From: Amoebidium appalachense
Lineage: Eukaryota > Protista > Ichthyosporea
Direction: 5' to 3'
DNA: 64,000 bases
NCBI GenBank assembly: GCA_963693365.1
Contig: CAVNZM010000004.1
Coordinates: 14,382,524 to 14,446,523 of the forward strand
In this document: positions 1 through 45,976 of the stretch, piece by piece
How positions within the stretch are numbered: the first letter of the stretch is position 1
How the letters are laid out: the number at the start of each line of letters is the position of its first letter
Notes under the pieces: generated by a model
Seen by the model: only the letters and a program-made list of their open reading frames with translations
Databases searched by the model: none
Told to the model about the DNA's origin: nothing
Translations under genes and position numbers: made by a program

Positions 1-262
1 GTAGCAGTTGCAGTGCTTCTCTGGGGGGGGTTAGGGTTTAAAGGATGTGAGGTAACAGTTCCAGTGCTTCTCTGGGGGGGGGGGGGGGGTTATAATGTGA
101 GATAGCTGTTCCAGTGCTTCTCTGGGGGGGGGGGGGGGGGGGGTATGATGTGAAGTAGCACTTGCAGTGCTTGTCTGGGGGGGTTTATAATGTGAGGTAG
201 CAGTTGAGTTCTTCTCTGTGGGGTTGTATGATGTGAGGTAGCAGTTCAGTGCTTCTCTGGGG
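1..262. repeat. Degenerate ~50-60 bp tandem repeat (ATGTGAGGTAGCAGTTCCAGTGCTTCTCTG+Gn), ~5 copies, intronic
   Basis: The unit is seen directly and recurs with a variable-length G run. Confidence 0.85.
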
Positions 263-291
263 GGCGGGAGGGGGTGGGGGGGGATATTTAC

Positions 292-546
292 CGGTCATGC
301 GATCAATCAGGCCGTGCTTGAGCATTGCAAGCATGGCATAGTTGATCCCCCCTGCATGGTGTGTGAGTCAATGTGAGTAGACGTGTGTGTACGTGTGCAT
401 GTGTACGAGAGTAAGTGCTGTGCGTATACATGCGGTATACGTGCTGTGTGCGTGTGCATGTGTACGAGTGTGTGTAGGTCAGGGCCAAAGCCACTTCGTG
501 AACACCTGCCAGGCACTATGGCCAAGTAGCGCATTTGCCGTGCTAC

Positions 547-583
<37 letters not shown>

Positions 584-1806
584 CCCCCCTCCCCCCCCCC
601 CCCCCCCCTTCTCTCCCCTCCGTCTCCCCACCCCAACCAACAACCACTGCTGGTCACAGACGGCAGTGTATGGGCGCTGCTCCTGCCTTGGCCTAATAGC
701 CCCTCTGCTCTCCCCAGCCGCATACTCTGCCCTGAACTGGTCAAAAAGGTCTTCTTTCTTCTTCTTGTAGCCTTTTATGCTTGCTTGGTGGTGGGGGTAC
801 ACGTGTTTGTGCGTACTTGCTGGTGTATAAGTGTGTCTGTGTGTGTTTGTGTGTGTGTGTGGCACGGTGTGTGTGGCTGTTCGAGTGGCATTTGTGCCGG
901 TGTGCATGTGTGAGTTTGTGTGACACTGTGTGTCCGTGTCGGTGTGTGTGTCTCTGTTCATGCGTTGGGTATGTGTGCTAGTGTGTGTGTGTGCCTGTGT
1001 GTGTGTGTATGTGTCTGTATGTGTGTGCCTGTGTGTGTGTGTGTGTGTGTCTGTATGTGTGTGACTGCTGACACGGCCTGTGTGTGTGGTGGGAAAGGGA
1101 GGGGGGGGAGGGGGGAGGGGGGGGGGGAGGGGGGAAGGGGTGCCGTCATACCGGGGACACCGTTCATGAAGAAGCTCGTGGCGTTGATGCCTTTGCCCCA
1201 ATCCCACGAGTGCCCGATGATGCCCATCTGCCCCATCACTCAGTGCCACCCCCCCCCCCCCCCCCCCTTCCTCCCCCCGCCCCGCCCCCCTCTCCACCCC
1301 ACCCCAAAGCCACCCCACACCTTCCTGCTAACACTGCTAGCATTAAGGCCTCGCCCCCCTCTCCACCCCACCCCAAAGCCACCCCACACCTAACACTGCT
1401 AGCATTAAGGCCTCACCCCCCTCTCCACCCCACCCCAAAGCCACCCCACACCTTCCTGCTAACACTGCTAGCATTAAGGCCTCGCCCCCCTCTCCACCCC
1501 ACCCCAAAGCCACCCCACACCTAACACTGCTAGCATTAAGGCCTCACCCCCCTCTCCACCCCACCCCAAAGCCACCCCACACCTTCCTGCTAACACTGCT
1601 AGCATCAAGGCCTCACCCCCCTCTCCACCCCACCCCAAAGCCACCCCACACCTTCCTGCTAACACTGCTAGCATTAAGGCCTTAATGCTAAAACGCAGGG
1701 AGGGGGATACGGACAATGAGGACGTTGATGAGGTGGTGCATCCAGTCGATAAAGGTCAGGTTGCGGAAAAACAGCTGTGTGTGTGTGTGTGTGCGCGTGT
1801 GTGCGC

Positions 1807-1842
<36 letters not shown>

Positions 1843-2179
1843 TATTTTTTTGGGGGGGGAGGGAGACAGACAGGTGCCTGTCAGAGCCCATGTGAATGGT
1901 CCATTCCACGTTAATCTGCGGCCATACCCCACTTCCCTACATACCCACATTGGCCTAAACTTACGGCAAGCACCAAGCAGGTACCACGGTCCCTTGCCCC
2001 CCTCCCCCCCCCCCCCCCCCCCTGCACACCCCTCCCCCCCCCCCCGAGGGCACACTGATTTTCACCCTTTGTTTGCCACCACATGGCACCTAGTCTAGAG
2101 TGCCGCTGCATATCCACAACACCGTGTACTACAGACCAGCACACCAGCTCCCATAGCTTTTGCTGCGAATTGTCCCCCC

Positions 2180-2234
<55 letters not shown>

Positions 2235-3352
2235 CACAGCCATAAAACAAAAACCTAGCGGCTACACAGCATCTACATACCCATCATTTTCGCAATATGA
2301 AACCCTACATTCTCAATACTTTCATCTCCACCAAATCCGCATCATTCCTAAAAAGTACCTCTAGCACACTTTCCGGGTTAAAGCAATCTCCTCGATAACC
2401 TCTGACCCCTTTTTTATCCCCCCTACACACATTAATCCATCCTCGCCTTGTACACCAATCTCCCCCCCCCCCCCCCCCCCTCCCCCCATCTATCTATACC
2501 CCCAACCCCCCCTTACACATAGGCATTACAGGTTGTCTTCCCCCCCCCCCCCCCCCCCCCCCCGCCTCACCTTTCATCCCCTTCTCCATCCCCCCTCCCC
2601 TCCCCCCGCACACATTTACAATCCCCCCCCCCCCCCCCCCCCCCCCCACAGATTTACAATCCCCCCCCCCCCCCCCCCACATTTACATCCCCCCCTCCCC
2701 CCACACACACATTTACAATCCCCCCCCCCCCCACACATTTACAATCCCTTTTCCACACACATTTACAATGCCCCTCCCCCCACACATTTACAATCCCCCC
2801 CCCCCCCCCCCCCCACACATTTACAATCCCCCCCCCCCCCCCCCACACACACATTTACAATCCCCCCCCCACACACATTTACAATGCCCCTCCCCCCACA
2901 CATTTACAATCCCCCACCCCCCCCACACATTTACAATCCCCCCCCCCCCCCCACACACATTTACAATCCCCCCCCCACACACATTTACAATCCCCCTCCC
3001 CCCCCCCCCACACACACATTTACAATCTCCCCCCCCCCCCCCCACACACACATTTACAATCCCTCCCCCCCCCCCCCCCCCCACACACACACTCACCACG
3101 TGGTACAGGTGGATGGCATAGACCACAGGCAGGGGGTCACCGGACACAGTGGCATCCCCGTCCAGGGGGTGTGCGAGGAGGGCAAATGTGTCCCGCCACA
3201 CCACGTGCACGACTATGATGTTGGCTAGCACGTGCAGGATGAAGTAGCGCTAGGGGGGAGTGGCTTAGTGAGTGTGTGTGCAGCCCGGCTAGAGATAAGC
3301 ATAAGAGAGGCCCATAGGTTGTGGTGGTGGTGGTGGTGGTGGGTGGGTGGGT

Positions 3353-3409
<57 letters not shown>

Positions 3410-4041
3410 AAAGGGGGTGAAAGCTGGTTGTAAAGGTTGGAGGTTGGGAGACTGGTGTAGGGAAGTAGGTGGAAGCCAGGGTGGGGCAGGGGAGGAGGGG
3501 GGGGAAGAGGGGGGGGGGGGGGTTTGGGGGGGAGTACCGCACCGATCAACTAAGGTTGGCCTTGTACAAAGGGACTGTGACTTTTATAGACTCGTTTGTA
3601 TGCAGAAAGGATCGCGTGAGTGCGAGAGTGGAAGGTCAGGCACGAAATTCGTGTGGGTGGGCGGCAGTACACTGATGACACGTGCGACTAGAATGGAAGG
3701 GGGGCGTGGGAGAGGGTCTCGGTAAGGAGGCAGAGTGTAAGCTAGAAAGGAAAGTATGTGTATGTGCATCACTGTGTGGTCAGGTGTAATGATGATAAGG
3801 ATGCTTGAACTTTTTGTTGTCAGGGCTGGGGCAGTGTTGGGACTCGACAGAGGGGATGAAGGGTAGGGCTGTGAGAGGGGGGGAGGGGGGGAGGGAGGCG
3901 AGAGAGAGGGGGGAGGGGAGGGGGCAAGAGGGGGCAGCCTACTGCGCCGGGAGACTTGCGCACGCCCAGCAGGTCCACCACGCCCAGCACGGCCAGCCAC
4001 TGCAGTGACAGCACTACGGTCTCCTGTGTAAAGGGCGCCAT
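292..4041 (-). CDS. TLC (TRAM/LAG1/CLN8)-domain-like membrane protein, 3' end outside window; exons ~4041-3943, 3249-3097, 1774-1715, 1227-1152, 351-292
   Basis: GT-AG exons join in frame to give MAPFTQETVVLSLQWLAVLGVVDLLGVRKSPGA/RYFILHVLANIIVVHVVWRDTF...YAIHLYHV/LFFRNLTFIDWMHHLINVLI/MGIIGHSWDWGKGINATSFFMNGVP/GGINYAMLAMLKHGLIDRMT. The hydrophobic helices, the D-W-x-HH motif and the G-x-P-G-G-I-x-Y motif suggest a TLC-type protein. The family call rests on motif recall, not a search. Confidence 0.7.
1283..1682. repeat. Intronic minisatellite, ~60-70 bp unit (CCTCTCCACCCCACCCCAAAGCCACCCCACACC[TTCCTG]CTAACACTGCTAGCATTAAGGCCT), ~6 copies
   Basis: Near-identical tandem copies seen directly. Confidence 0.95.
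2588..3066. repeat. Intronic minisatellite CACACATTTACAAT+Cn, about 17-20 copies
   Basis: A constant core alternates with variable C runs. It explains the proline-rich pseudo-ORFs at 2533-3228. Confidence 0.95.
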
Positions 4042-5878
4042 CTGCACAAAACAACTCAGTCTGCTGTAAGACGACGATTTAACGGGTTTTGGTGTGACAT
4101 TGAGAGAACGTTGTGTCGGGGATCAGCACAGCACACAGGGGGCAACTTGATCCTAGGGAAACGCTTTGTTTATGCGCCGCACCACGTTAATAACTGTCAC
4201 CCCTAGCACCGGTTATGATAAATAGTGGGCCTTAGTGTGGTTTACAGCGGCAAAGAACTGTCCGGTGGTAGGCAAGTTGAAAAACCCATGCGCACCGTCT
4301 TAACTCCAGCTGCAGTCAGTGAGACTAGTGCCTGGCTGTTGGCCTCTGGTGAAGCTCACAAGCAGCAACTATTCACACGAACTGGAACTGTAGCAACGTG
4401 CAGCCACTCTCTCCCTACTGGCACGGCCCTCCGACTCTGACAGCGGACCCTCTCAGTTTTCCCACTCTGTATGCCGGCACAGGGCCTCCCTTACCTCTGC
4501 GCTCTGCTGCTTTCTGCCCTCCGATGCGGTGTGCAGGCCACAAATCCCTGTCTGGTCGCTATCTGAAAACGCCCAAGTGCCCTGTCCCTCACAGACTGCA
4601 ACCCTCACCAGTTGTGACTGCAATTTGCAACTCGCTGACCTGACTGACAGGAAAAAGAAGCGGAAAAGGCTTTTGACGGAAAAGCGTGGGTGTGCTTTTG
4701 CATTCCATTCATAGCACAGACCTTCCTATTGGGTGCAAATCTGAGCCACATCGCAACCAAGCGTTCCTATTAGTCCACGCTTTCGTATCCAATCCGAAGG
4801 ACAAGCCGCACATGTACGAGGTACGTTGACACTTTTCCAAGTTCACGAAAAAAAAAAAAGCACCTGCCACGTGTGACTGCGGCTTCAGCCTGACCTATGA
4901 CCAAGTCTACTCTGGAGAGAGGATATGAGTTGGCGCCTTGATCAGTCGCTTCAGAAGGAAAGTTTTGTCGGCCTTGAAAAATAAGAGCTACCTCCACAGG
5001 TAGCAGAAAAAGCACGGACTGGCAGAGTCCTTGGGAGACTCATTGAGTCAGTGGGTGTCTCGGAGTCGGGTAACTCCAATAAAAGCACGTGCACTGCCCT
5101 GTCCCCGTCCAGTACAGTATCCTATCTCGCGCTGAAATTCAATAAGCACATAAGCCGCTTAAAGAAGTATTTGCCCTCCCACCCTCTCTTCTCTATCCGA
5201 CCTGTCCCCTCCTCACCTCTCCCCTCTTTCCTCCCCTCTCTCTCCCCTTCTCCCCTGGGCACAAATACAAATAAACCCCGCAATAGTGTGTGTGTGACTT
5301 TGGACTGCCACTTACTTATTAAACATGTACACAATCACAAGATAATCACGCAATATAACAAATGGAAAAAGATACCACACGACACTAGACCCGATGAAAG
5401 CATACACCTTGAAAAACTAAGCCTTATGTCTCATTTTATATATACTGACCGCCTCAACCATATTGCCAAATATGGCACTCGCAAGTGTATAACACCTAAA
5501 TACATATTACCTTCCTGTAGAACTGGTCTTTCTCTAGCTGATGGTATTATTGATCAATTACCACGCTTTTACTGTACACGTGCTATACAGTGGAGATCTA
5601 ATAAGTATAAGGTGGCATCATTTGCATGCCCAAACAACACACACACACACCAGTTTAACCGGTCATGTATCGCCAAATGTAGTTTGATAGACCACATAAT
5701 ACCGCAACACACACACGTCACATTCACAACAGACACCCAGAAAGATAGCCTACCTGTAAATTACAACATCCTTGATTTTATACTAAACACGCGTAACTAC
5801 GACCTGTTTATTAGATGTATTGATTGGCTTGAGAAACACATCACTACAAAATTATAGCGCACGCGCACACACACACAC

Positions 5879-5929
<51 letters not shown>

Positions 5930-5961
5930 CCAGCTGATACCGAGTGTCCCGAGGGGAGCCC

Positions 5962-5997
<36 letters not shown>

Positions 5998-6636
5998 GGG
6001 GAACCCCAACTAATTGATTTCTCCTTGTAGTCTTTATGGTGTCTCGTAGAGAAAGTAAACCCTGATATATAGTCACCACCCGACATCTATGTACGTGATC
6101 ATGATATACCGCTGAGGGGATATTCCGAGCAAAACCCCCCCCCCCATACCTGAGACTGGTTCTCTTTGCCTCGAGTAAACAGCGTAAACCCCCCACGGTG
6201 ATTTATTCCTGCGGGATTGCTGCCACATCCAAGGCCTGCCTTGGCCACACCAGGCAACCCCGATAAAACAAACCAAAAAAGGGTGGGAAAAAAAAGAAAG
6301 AAAGAGCAAGCCAAGCCAGGGTATACGGGTGACTAGTGAATTAAATACAGGTGTTCTGCACGTGATATATCCATGGATAAGCATTCGGGGTCTTATCTCT
6401 GTAGTTATCCAACATACTTACATACTTGTTACACGCCTGAAAAAGAGAGATCATTCACTCGGATTTATCAGGGACATAACAACAATGGACGAACCATCAA
6501 TATTTCCCAACTGAAACACATCCGTAAACGAGGGTTGATGGTTAACAGTCGGCTGCATCCATCCAGGAAATTCCAAAAATGTGGTTGAAAAACCAGGACC
6601 AAACCATGTGCACTGACCCACAACACATGATCGAGC

Positions 6637-10718
<4,082 letters not shown>

Positions 10719-11128
10719 CTTCAAAAAAAAAAAAAACTGTGAAGGGGGAGAGAGAAGTGTGACAGCCTGCAGCTGTCAGCCGTATGTTCAAACGAAAGTT
10801 TACTGCTTTTTAGTGACGAAAAATTACACAATTCCATATAGGGCTATTACTGTATACTTCCTATTGGTGAGCCACAGCTTTGACACCAGTCCCCCTTGAG
10901 CAGCACTTATCCCCCATGACTTTATACACAGACACAGCCTCATTCGAACCAGCTGCAGGTCAAAACGGTTACAGAGGCGGTTCATTTGTCCGGTCCTATA
11001 TGAAAGTGTATACAGACATAATAGGTAGGTCCAGCTATTAGGGAGAAAAGAGGGTTCTCGTGGGTCAGCAGGCAGGAACGTGTGTATTCTTTGCGAGCAT
11101 AAGCAGGGCACTACAGGGCGGCACGAAT
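10719..11128. promoter_or_regulatory. Compact divergent intergenic region, a probable bidirectional promoter
   Basis: Only ~410 bp separate the ATGs of the DLH (-) and HAD (+) genes. The region is free of microsatellites and has a CCAAT-type ATTGG near 10863. Function is inferred from position only. Confidence 0.5.
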
Positions 11129-17403
<6,275 letters not shown>

Positions 17404-17513
17404 CAGGGAGAGGGGGCAATCGTGGTGGGGCATGTGCGCAGGCGCACGTGTTATGGGGGGGGGTGATGTGTGTGCACGTGTCCGGGGAAGGGAAGGGAGG
17501 GTTGGGGGGAGGG

Positions 17514-17550
<37 letters not shown>

Positions 17551-18019
17551 GTTCCATCCATAGGCTTTGTGTATTCCCTCCTGAGGCACACTGTAACCAC
17601 GTGATTCTTGCCCGTATTCTTGCAGACCCTAACCAACCATGCTGCAGTGTGCGGCCATTCATTCACCCACTGCCTTGTACATAGAATAGCCAGCTGGCAG
17701 GAAACAGCTGAGACCCCTGGCTGGGATAGCATAATCTCCTAGGCGTAATTTCACCTTCGTATGACTCTTGCTGTGCCGCTATTTAGGTATGGCATCGACT
17801 GCACCTGGCCCTACTAATAATACTGCTCCAAGCAAATCACAGCTTGTGTGGACAGTCTTTGGATGCAGTGGTGTCTCGTGCACACACAATACACAGCCAC
17901 CGTGGTGTGGCTGCTGCAGCCCGTGCACGGGCATGCCTGTGCCGTGTGTGTGGTGGCAGCCCGTACATCCCCCCCTCCCCCCACACACAACACGTGCTAT
18001 TTTTCCAGCCCCACGCCTG

Positions 18020-21031
<3,012 letters not shown>

Positions 21032-21774
21032 GTTGCTACTACCAGCTGTGCACGCTGAGAGGAGGTGACACACGTGATTCTGTATATACATTCAGTCGGC
21101 AATGTCATTCGAATTCGCCCCTCTCACTGTCTGTGGCGGCCTGTCCAAAAGCGGCGGAGGCCAGGCAACTTGCAAGGTTGGTGTTTGCGCAAACCAGACT
21201 ACCCATGGTTGATTGGTGAAAACTGCATCTGTGCAGATACCTAATTGGTGTATAGCGCATCGCTTTAGTCCCCAAAGAGTTTAAATGTAGCGGGGGTTTG
21301 TCGTATTTTGTAATTACTAGTAACTGTAGACTAAGTAATGAGAAATAAAGCCTCTCCAGACCAAACAACCTTTATGTTGTGTGAATACTTATATGTTTTT
21401 ATATTGATAGATACATGCAGTTCTACTTCATATTTTCTGAGCGGAAAACCCTGGGATTTAAGTTTTAAATACCTGATTTACGTCGCCGAAATATGACTAG
21501 GAGTTCCAAGTGGAGGGGCCATCCGCAATGTTGCTGCTGATCATGAAGGGTAGTGTGCGGTTAGTCGTATTCGCCATCAAGTCAATATAAGCATAAGGCT
21601 AACCGAACACCCCCATATGGCTTCCGCAATCGCCAGCTTCGATTTTTATGCTATTGTGTGAGAGTGGCAGGCTGGCAGCACTACGTATACGTGTGACAGC
21701 CAGCGTACGGCGGCCACTGACAGCAGCGGAACTTGCTGCACATATGCACGGTGTGTACAATTCGTGGCGCAGTC

Positions 21775-22195
21775 ATGTTCTTGGTGCAAGAGCTGGCCGC
21801 CGTGCTTACCCTTGCCGGCTTGCACGTGGTGGACGCACACCCGCCCGCGCACGGCAAGGTGGGCCACAACCCGTGCGCCTGGGGGCCCAGCTTCTGGTGC
21901 AAGAACCTGGAGAACACGCAGTACTGCAACATGGACGCGGATATGTGTGCGCCCTACTGCAACGAGCCTGCCCTCTACCCCGAGCTGGCCGGTGGCGACG
22001 TATGTGTGCTGCTGGGGCTGAGCGACTGCATGCAGGGCCCCTCGTACTGGTGCATGGCCACACAGACGGCCACGGAGTGCCAGGTCGACACGCAGCAGTG
22101 TAGGCAGTTTTGCGAGAACCCAAAGGCCTATCCAGACATACAGGTGTGTGTGTGTGTGTGTGCGTGTGTGCGTATGCGTGTGTGTGTGTGTGTTT

Positions 22196-22274
<79 letters not shown>

Positions 22275-22834
22275 CTTGTGTGCCGCGTTAGCCCAACATA
22301 TGTGCATGGGTGCATGGTTGCGTGCGTGTGTGGTTGCATGCATGCGTGTTTGCGTGCATGTGTGCGTGTGCTGGTGAGGGCATCTCCTTGGTGTCTGTAG
22401 TGCTGTGGGTTGGTGTATGTGTGCATGTGCAGTTGCAGATGTGCACACATACGTCCCAGTATGTACAGGTCCTCTATTGGGTGTTGTCATGGCCACGATG
22501 TGAGAGCCTGAATGATGCAGAGAGACACGCGAGGCTTTTGCTACCACACACTTTTCTTTGTACCCACTCCTTTTTTGATACACGGACGAATACCTCCAAG
22601 TCAGCCACGCGCCTGCAGGCCACACACCAAGCCACAGTGCAGACACCACACAGAACCCCCTAACCCTTCCTTCATCACGCAGGGAGGGGGAGATATGCGC
22701 ACTGCTGCGGAGCCCTCAAGAGGACAGGCAGCAGCAGGCAGAGCGCGTGGACCTGCAGGCACCAACGGGCGGCTGTGAAAGCGGGCCCTCCTATTGGTGC
22801 AGCTCGAGCGAGGCCGCCTCTGAGTGCGGCAAGC

Positions 22835-22903
<69 letters not shown>

Positions 22904-22965
22904 TGTGTGTGTGCATGTGTATGGGTGAATGTGTGTGTGTGTGTGTGTTTGTGTGTGAGTGAGCG

Positions 22966-22998
<33 letters not shown>

Positions 22999-23152
22999 TT
23001 GTACGTGGTTGTGTGTATGCTCGTGCACACACAGGTTCGCAGCTGTGTGTGTGTGTGTGTGTGTGTGAGCACGTAGATATGTGCTGGTGCACAGGTGCAC
23101 ACTGTGTGTGCATCTGCATGCATTGTTTGTGTGTACTCTTTGGTTTTGGTGG

Positions 23153-23213
<61 letters not shown>

Positions 23214-23521
23214 GGGGATGGCTCAGTGTAGAGGGTTACTTTAGAAAAGCTGCCTTATGCTTGACTAATATCAGTTTCCGAACCTGTGTGTATTCCTTGA
23301 GCGATTACACAGTGCATAAGCTGTCCCCAGTCGCCCTTCCCTTCTCATCGTCCTCTGCTAATATGGCTCTGCCTCTCCTTCTTCCCCCTCAATAGCACTT
23401 TGTGTGTGCCATGACCGCAAACCGCATACATACGCGCACGCTAACACACATACAATGTACACTTTGCCTTTTGGAATTCATTCCCTCCCGCCCCTCCCCC
23501 CCCCCTTCCCCACCACCACCA

Positions 23522-23594
<73 letters not shown>

Positions 23595-23801
23595 AAACCA
23601 ACCAACCTTCCCACCCCAGCCCAAAGCCCCATTCCGAGCATGCACCTCCCCCCCCCCCCCTCCCCCCGCCCCCCGCCCGCCCCAAACACACACACGCAGG
23701 TGTCTGCGTGCCTACCGCACTGCCAGCTAGCTGCCCTCTACCCACACCTTCCTGCGGGACCTGTCTGCCGCAAGCTGATGCTGCCAGAAAAGGCAGCCTG
23801 A
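21775..23801 (+). CDS. Putative secreted Cys-rich protein with three saposin-A-type (SapA) repeats; exons 21775-22143, ~22683/22687-22836, 23700-23801
   Basis: A hydrophobic signal-like N-terminus is followed by [18 protein letters not shown] and CESGPSYWC, which match the SapA C-x2-G-P-x-[YF]-W-C signature. The exon 2 frame needs either a 1-nt correction in a G run or a GAG acceptor 4 nt downstream. Confidence 0.75.
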
Positions 23802-24599
23802 GAGGGCCTGCCGGGGAAACATAACAACCCCCCCCCCCCCCCCCCCCCCTCCCCCTTCCCCCACCCAACGCTTCACCTCCCTCTCACCTCCCTCTCCGCC
23901 TGATATAACAGTCGTATGTAATTGTAGGCTTTCCTTGCATCTTGCCTCCAAAATACCCCTCCTCTCTATACTTCCAGATAGGTACGTTTGTGGTTTCTTG
24001 ATTCGCTGACTTATCTTCCACACCAACATAGCATTGTATTAAATATGTCTTAACTAGATATAGCAGCGAATGACCGGTAGTGTAGATGGTATCATATAGA
24101 GACGTATATGCCTAAAACCAGACTGGCGAGGCACCGTGGCAGGGTATAAGAGTATTATATTTTTGGCCAATATTAGTACTATAGTTGGTGTTGAAATACT
24201 AAGCGTGTGATGTGTGCACGCGGCATATAAAAATGTGTCGTCCGTAGTGTACGAATGCTTAGACGGCTGCAAAGCAGAGAGATTCACGACTGTGAAAAGA
24301 GCTGTAAGACCCAGACCTCGTGACCCTGTATAGCAGTCATGAAAAAGCAGTCAGATTTGCGTTCATTTTCCGTTCATTTTGGTTGGTGACACCATTCTCC
24401 ACAATCCGTCGACCCTACTGCCTGGAGACGGACCATCTGTCGCGAGCAACCGTAGCGGCCCGTATACATGTAATAAACATGGCACGGTCACGGCCATACA
24501 GTGCCCTGTTCGCCCCTCAGTCTCTTCCCTCTTCGAGTCAAAACAACACCGATAGCCTCCTTGGGGAGGACTGCCGCGAAACTTGACTCAGGTGTCCGG

Positions 24600-24935
24600 G
24601 GCCCCGGGCAGGTGGCACTGCACCCTTCGCGGATTGGTGCAGAGAGCACCCACTTAGCCATATATGGTGCGACGGGTTAGGTGGGCCAATCACAGCACAC
24701 CGTCCAATGTGGCGCGCATCTGCACGTGTACAAAACATGCCGCTGTGCACTGAGCCGTGCCAAACTGCAACTGAACTGGTGCGTGCCTGGGGTGGTCATG
24801 TGTCGTGTGAATGCAGGTCTTTTCTCTGATAGATCTTAACTATTTTTCTGCCTGTGTAATCTTGGTTTCATAAGTGCGCCAATAGACCTTTTAAAGGCAG
24901 TGCTAGGACTTACCGGGCCGTGTGCAGGTGCCACG
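24600..24935 (+). promoter_or_regulatory. Probable PFAS promoter/5' leader with several CCAAT/ATTGG words and a possible 5'-UTR intron acceptor (TGCAG|G ~8 nt before ATG)
   Basis: ATTGG lies at ~24633 and CCAAT at ~24686, ~24704 and ~24879. This is a positional inference only. Confidence 0.3.
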
Positions 24936-44924
<19,989 letters not shown>

Positions 44925-44957
44925 GGTAGCTACCCCCCCCCCCCCCCCCCCCCCCCC

Positions 44958-45032
44958 AAAGTATGGGTTGGGAACCACGCGCGAAACCCATGCTTTTGTG
45001 GAGGCATAGGAACCCCCTGATGATGGGCTCTG
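44958..45032 (+). other. Putative structured RNA element, copy B (PFAS 3' UTR, ~35 nt after the stop)
   Basis: It has a 10-bp stem AAAGTATGGG/CCCATGCTTT. The conserved words are the same as in copy A, as is the 29-nt spacing from CGAAAC to CTGA. Confidence 0.5.
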
Positions 45033-45153
45033 TTCAAGTGTCTGCTGCCTGCACGCTTAAATTGTGTGTGTTTGGATTTCCCACCTTTGTGACGCTTTGT
45101 TGTTGCTCTTTGTTGTCTCCATATTTCCAACCCTCTAACGCATACATCCCCCT

Positions 45154-45184
<31 letters not shown>

Positions 45185-45353
45185 ATCCCCAACCAGGACA
45201 CCCTCCTTTCCCATCATGTCACATGCGCGATATCACTGTCCGTAGCCGTTACGAGACGGGATAACACCATTAAGGCCTATTGATAGCACTTGGTTTTTTC
45301 GTATGTGAGAAATTGTGAATGTGGTTTTTTATTTTTTTGGTTTACGTAGTGGG

Positions 45354-45386
<33 letters not shown>

Positions 45387-45786
45387 GCTTGGTCCCCTCC
45401 CCCCCCCAGCACACACACACACACACACACCACCACCACCACCACCACCACCACCACCACACCACCACCAAAAAAAAAAAAAAAAAAAAAAATCTTCGCC
45501 CCAGATTTGATGACTGTTAGTTGGGTGGGCTCGGGGGATGGGATGGGGAGGGGGAGGGGGGAGGGGGGGGGGGGGGGGGGGGGGGTGTTCAGATGGGTGA
45601 CTGATGGTGTGGTACCCCTGCAGGCGAGTGACTCACCCGCTAACTACCGGGTCTTCTGCCATAATGGTTGGTGCGGATATTTATTTGACTTGTAGGCAAG
45701 TAGAAGGTAGCGGTAGCCTGTTAGTTGATGCAGCAAAGTTGAGACAAAAAGAGCACATGGCAAAAGAAAAAATTTCTTTTTAAAAT

Positions 45787-45818
<32 letters not shown>

Positions 45819-45914
45819 AAGAAAACAAAATTGCGACAAATACCTGTAAGAATTATTTTTGAAGGTGCAAGTGGTTGGTCTGTGTTCGACTGTGTACCTG
45901 TGTGTGTTTTGTGT

Positions 45915-45976
<62 letters not shown>

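Noticed and set aside
30-41. Telomere-like TTAGGGTTTA
   Set aside because: It is a single occurrence inside a G-rich minisatellite.
2533-3228. Extensin-like ORF (PPPPHIYNPPP repeats)
   Set aside because: It is an intronic minisatellite antisense to the TLC gene, with variable C runs that do not preserve frame.
3640-3690. Possible hammerhead (CGAAATTC...CTGATGA)
   Set aside because: There is no room for helix III and the helix II closing pair is C-C.
4765-4820. HNH-endonuclease-like words LVHAFVSNPKDKPH
   Set aside because: The match is too short, the following H-x-D/N residues are absent and the frame is closed nearby.
5051-5857. 268-aa ORF on the + strand
   Set aside because: It starts at GTG, is AT-rich with codon usage unlike the real genes, includes a low-complexity tract and has no recognisable motif.
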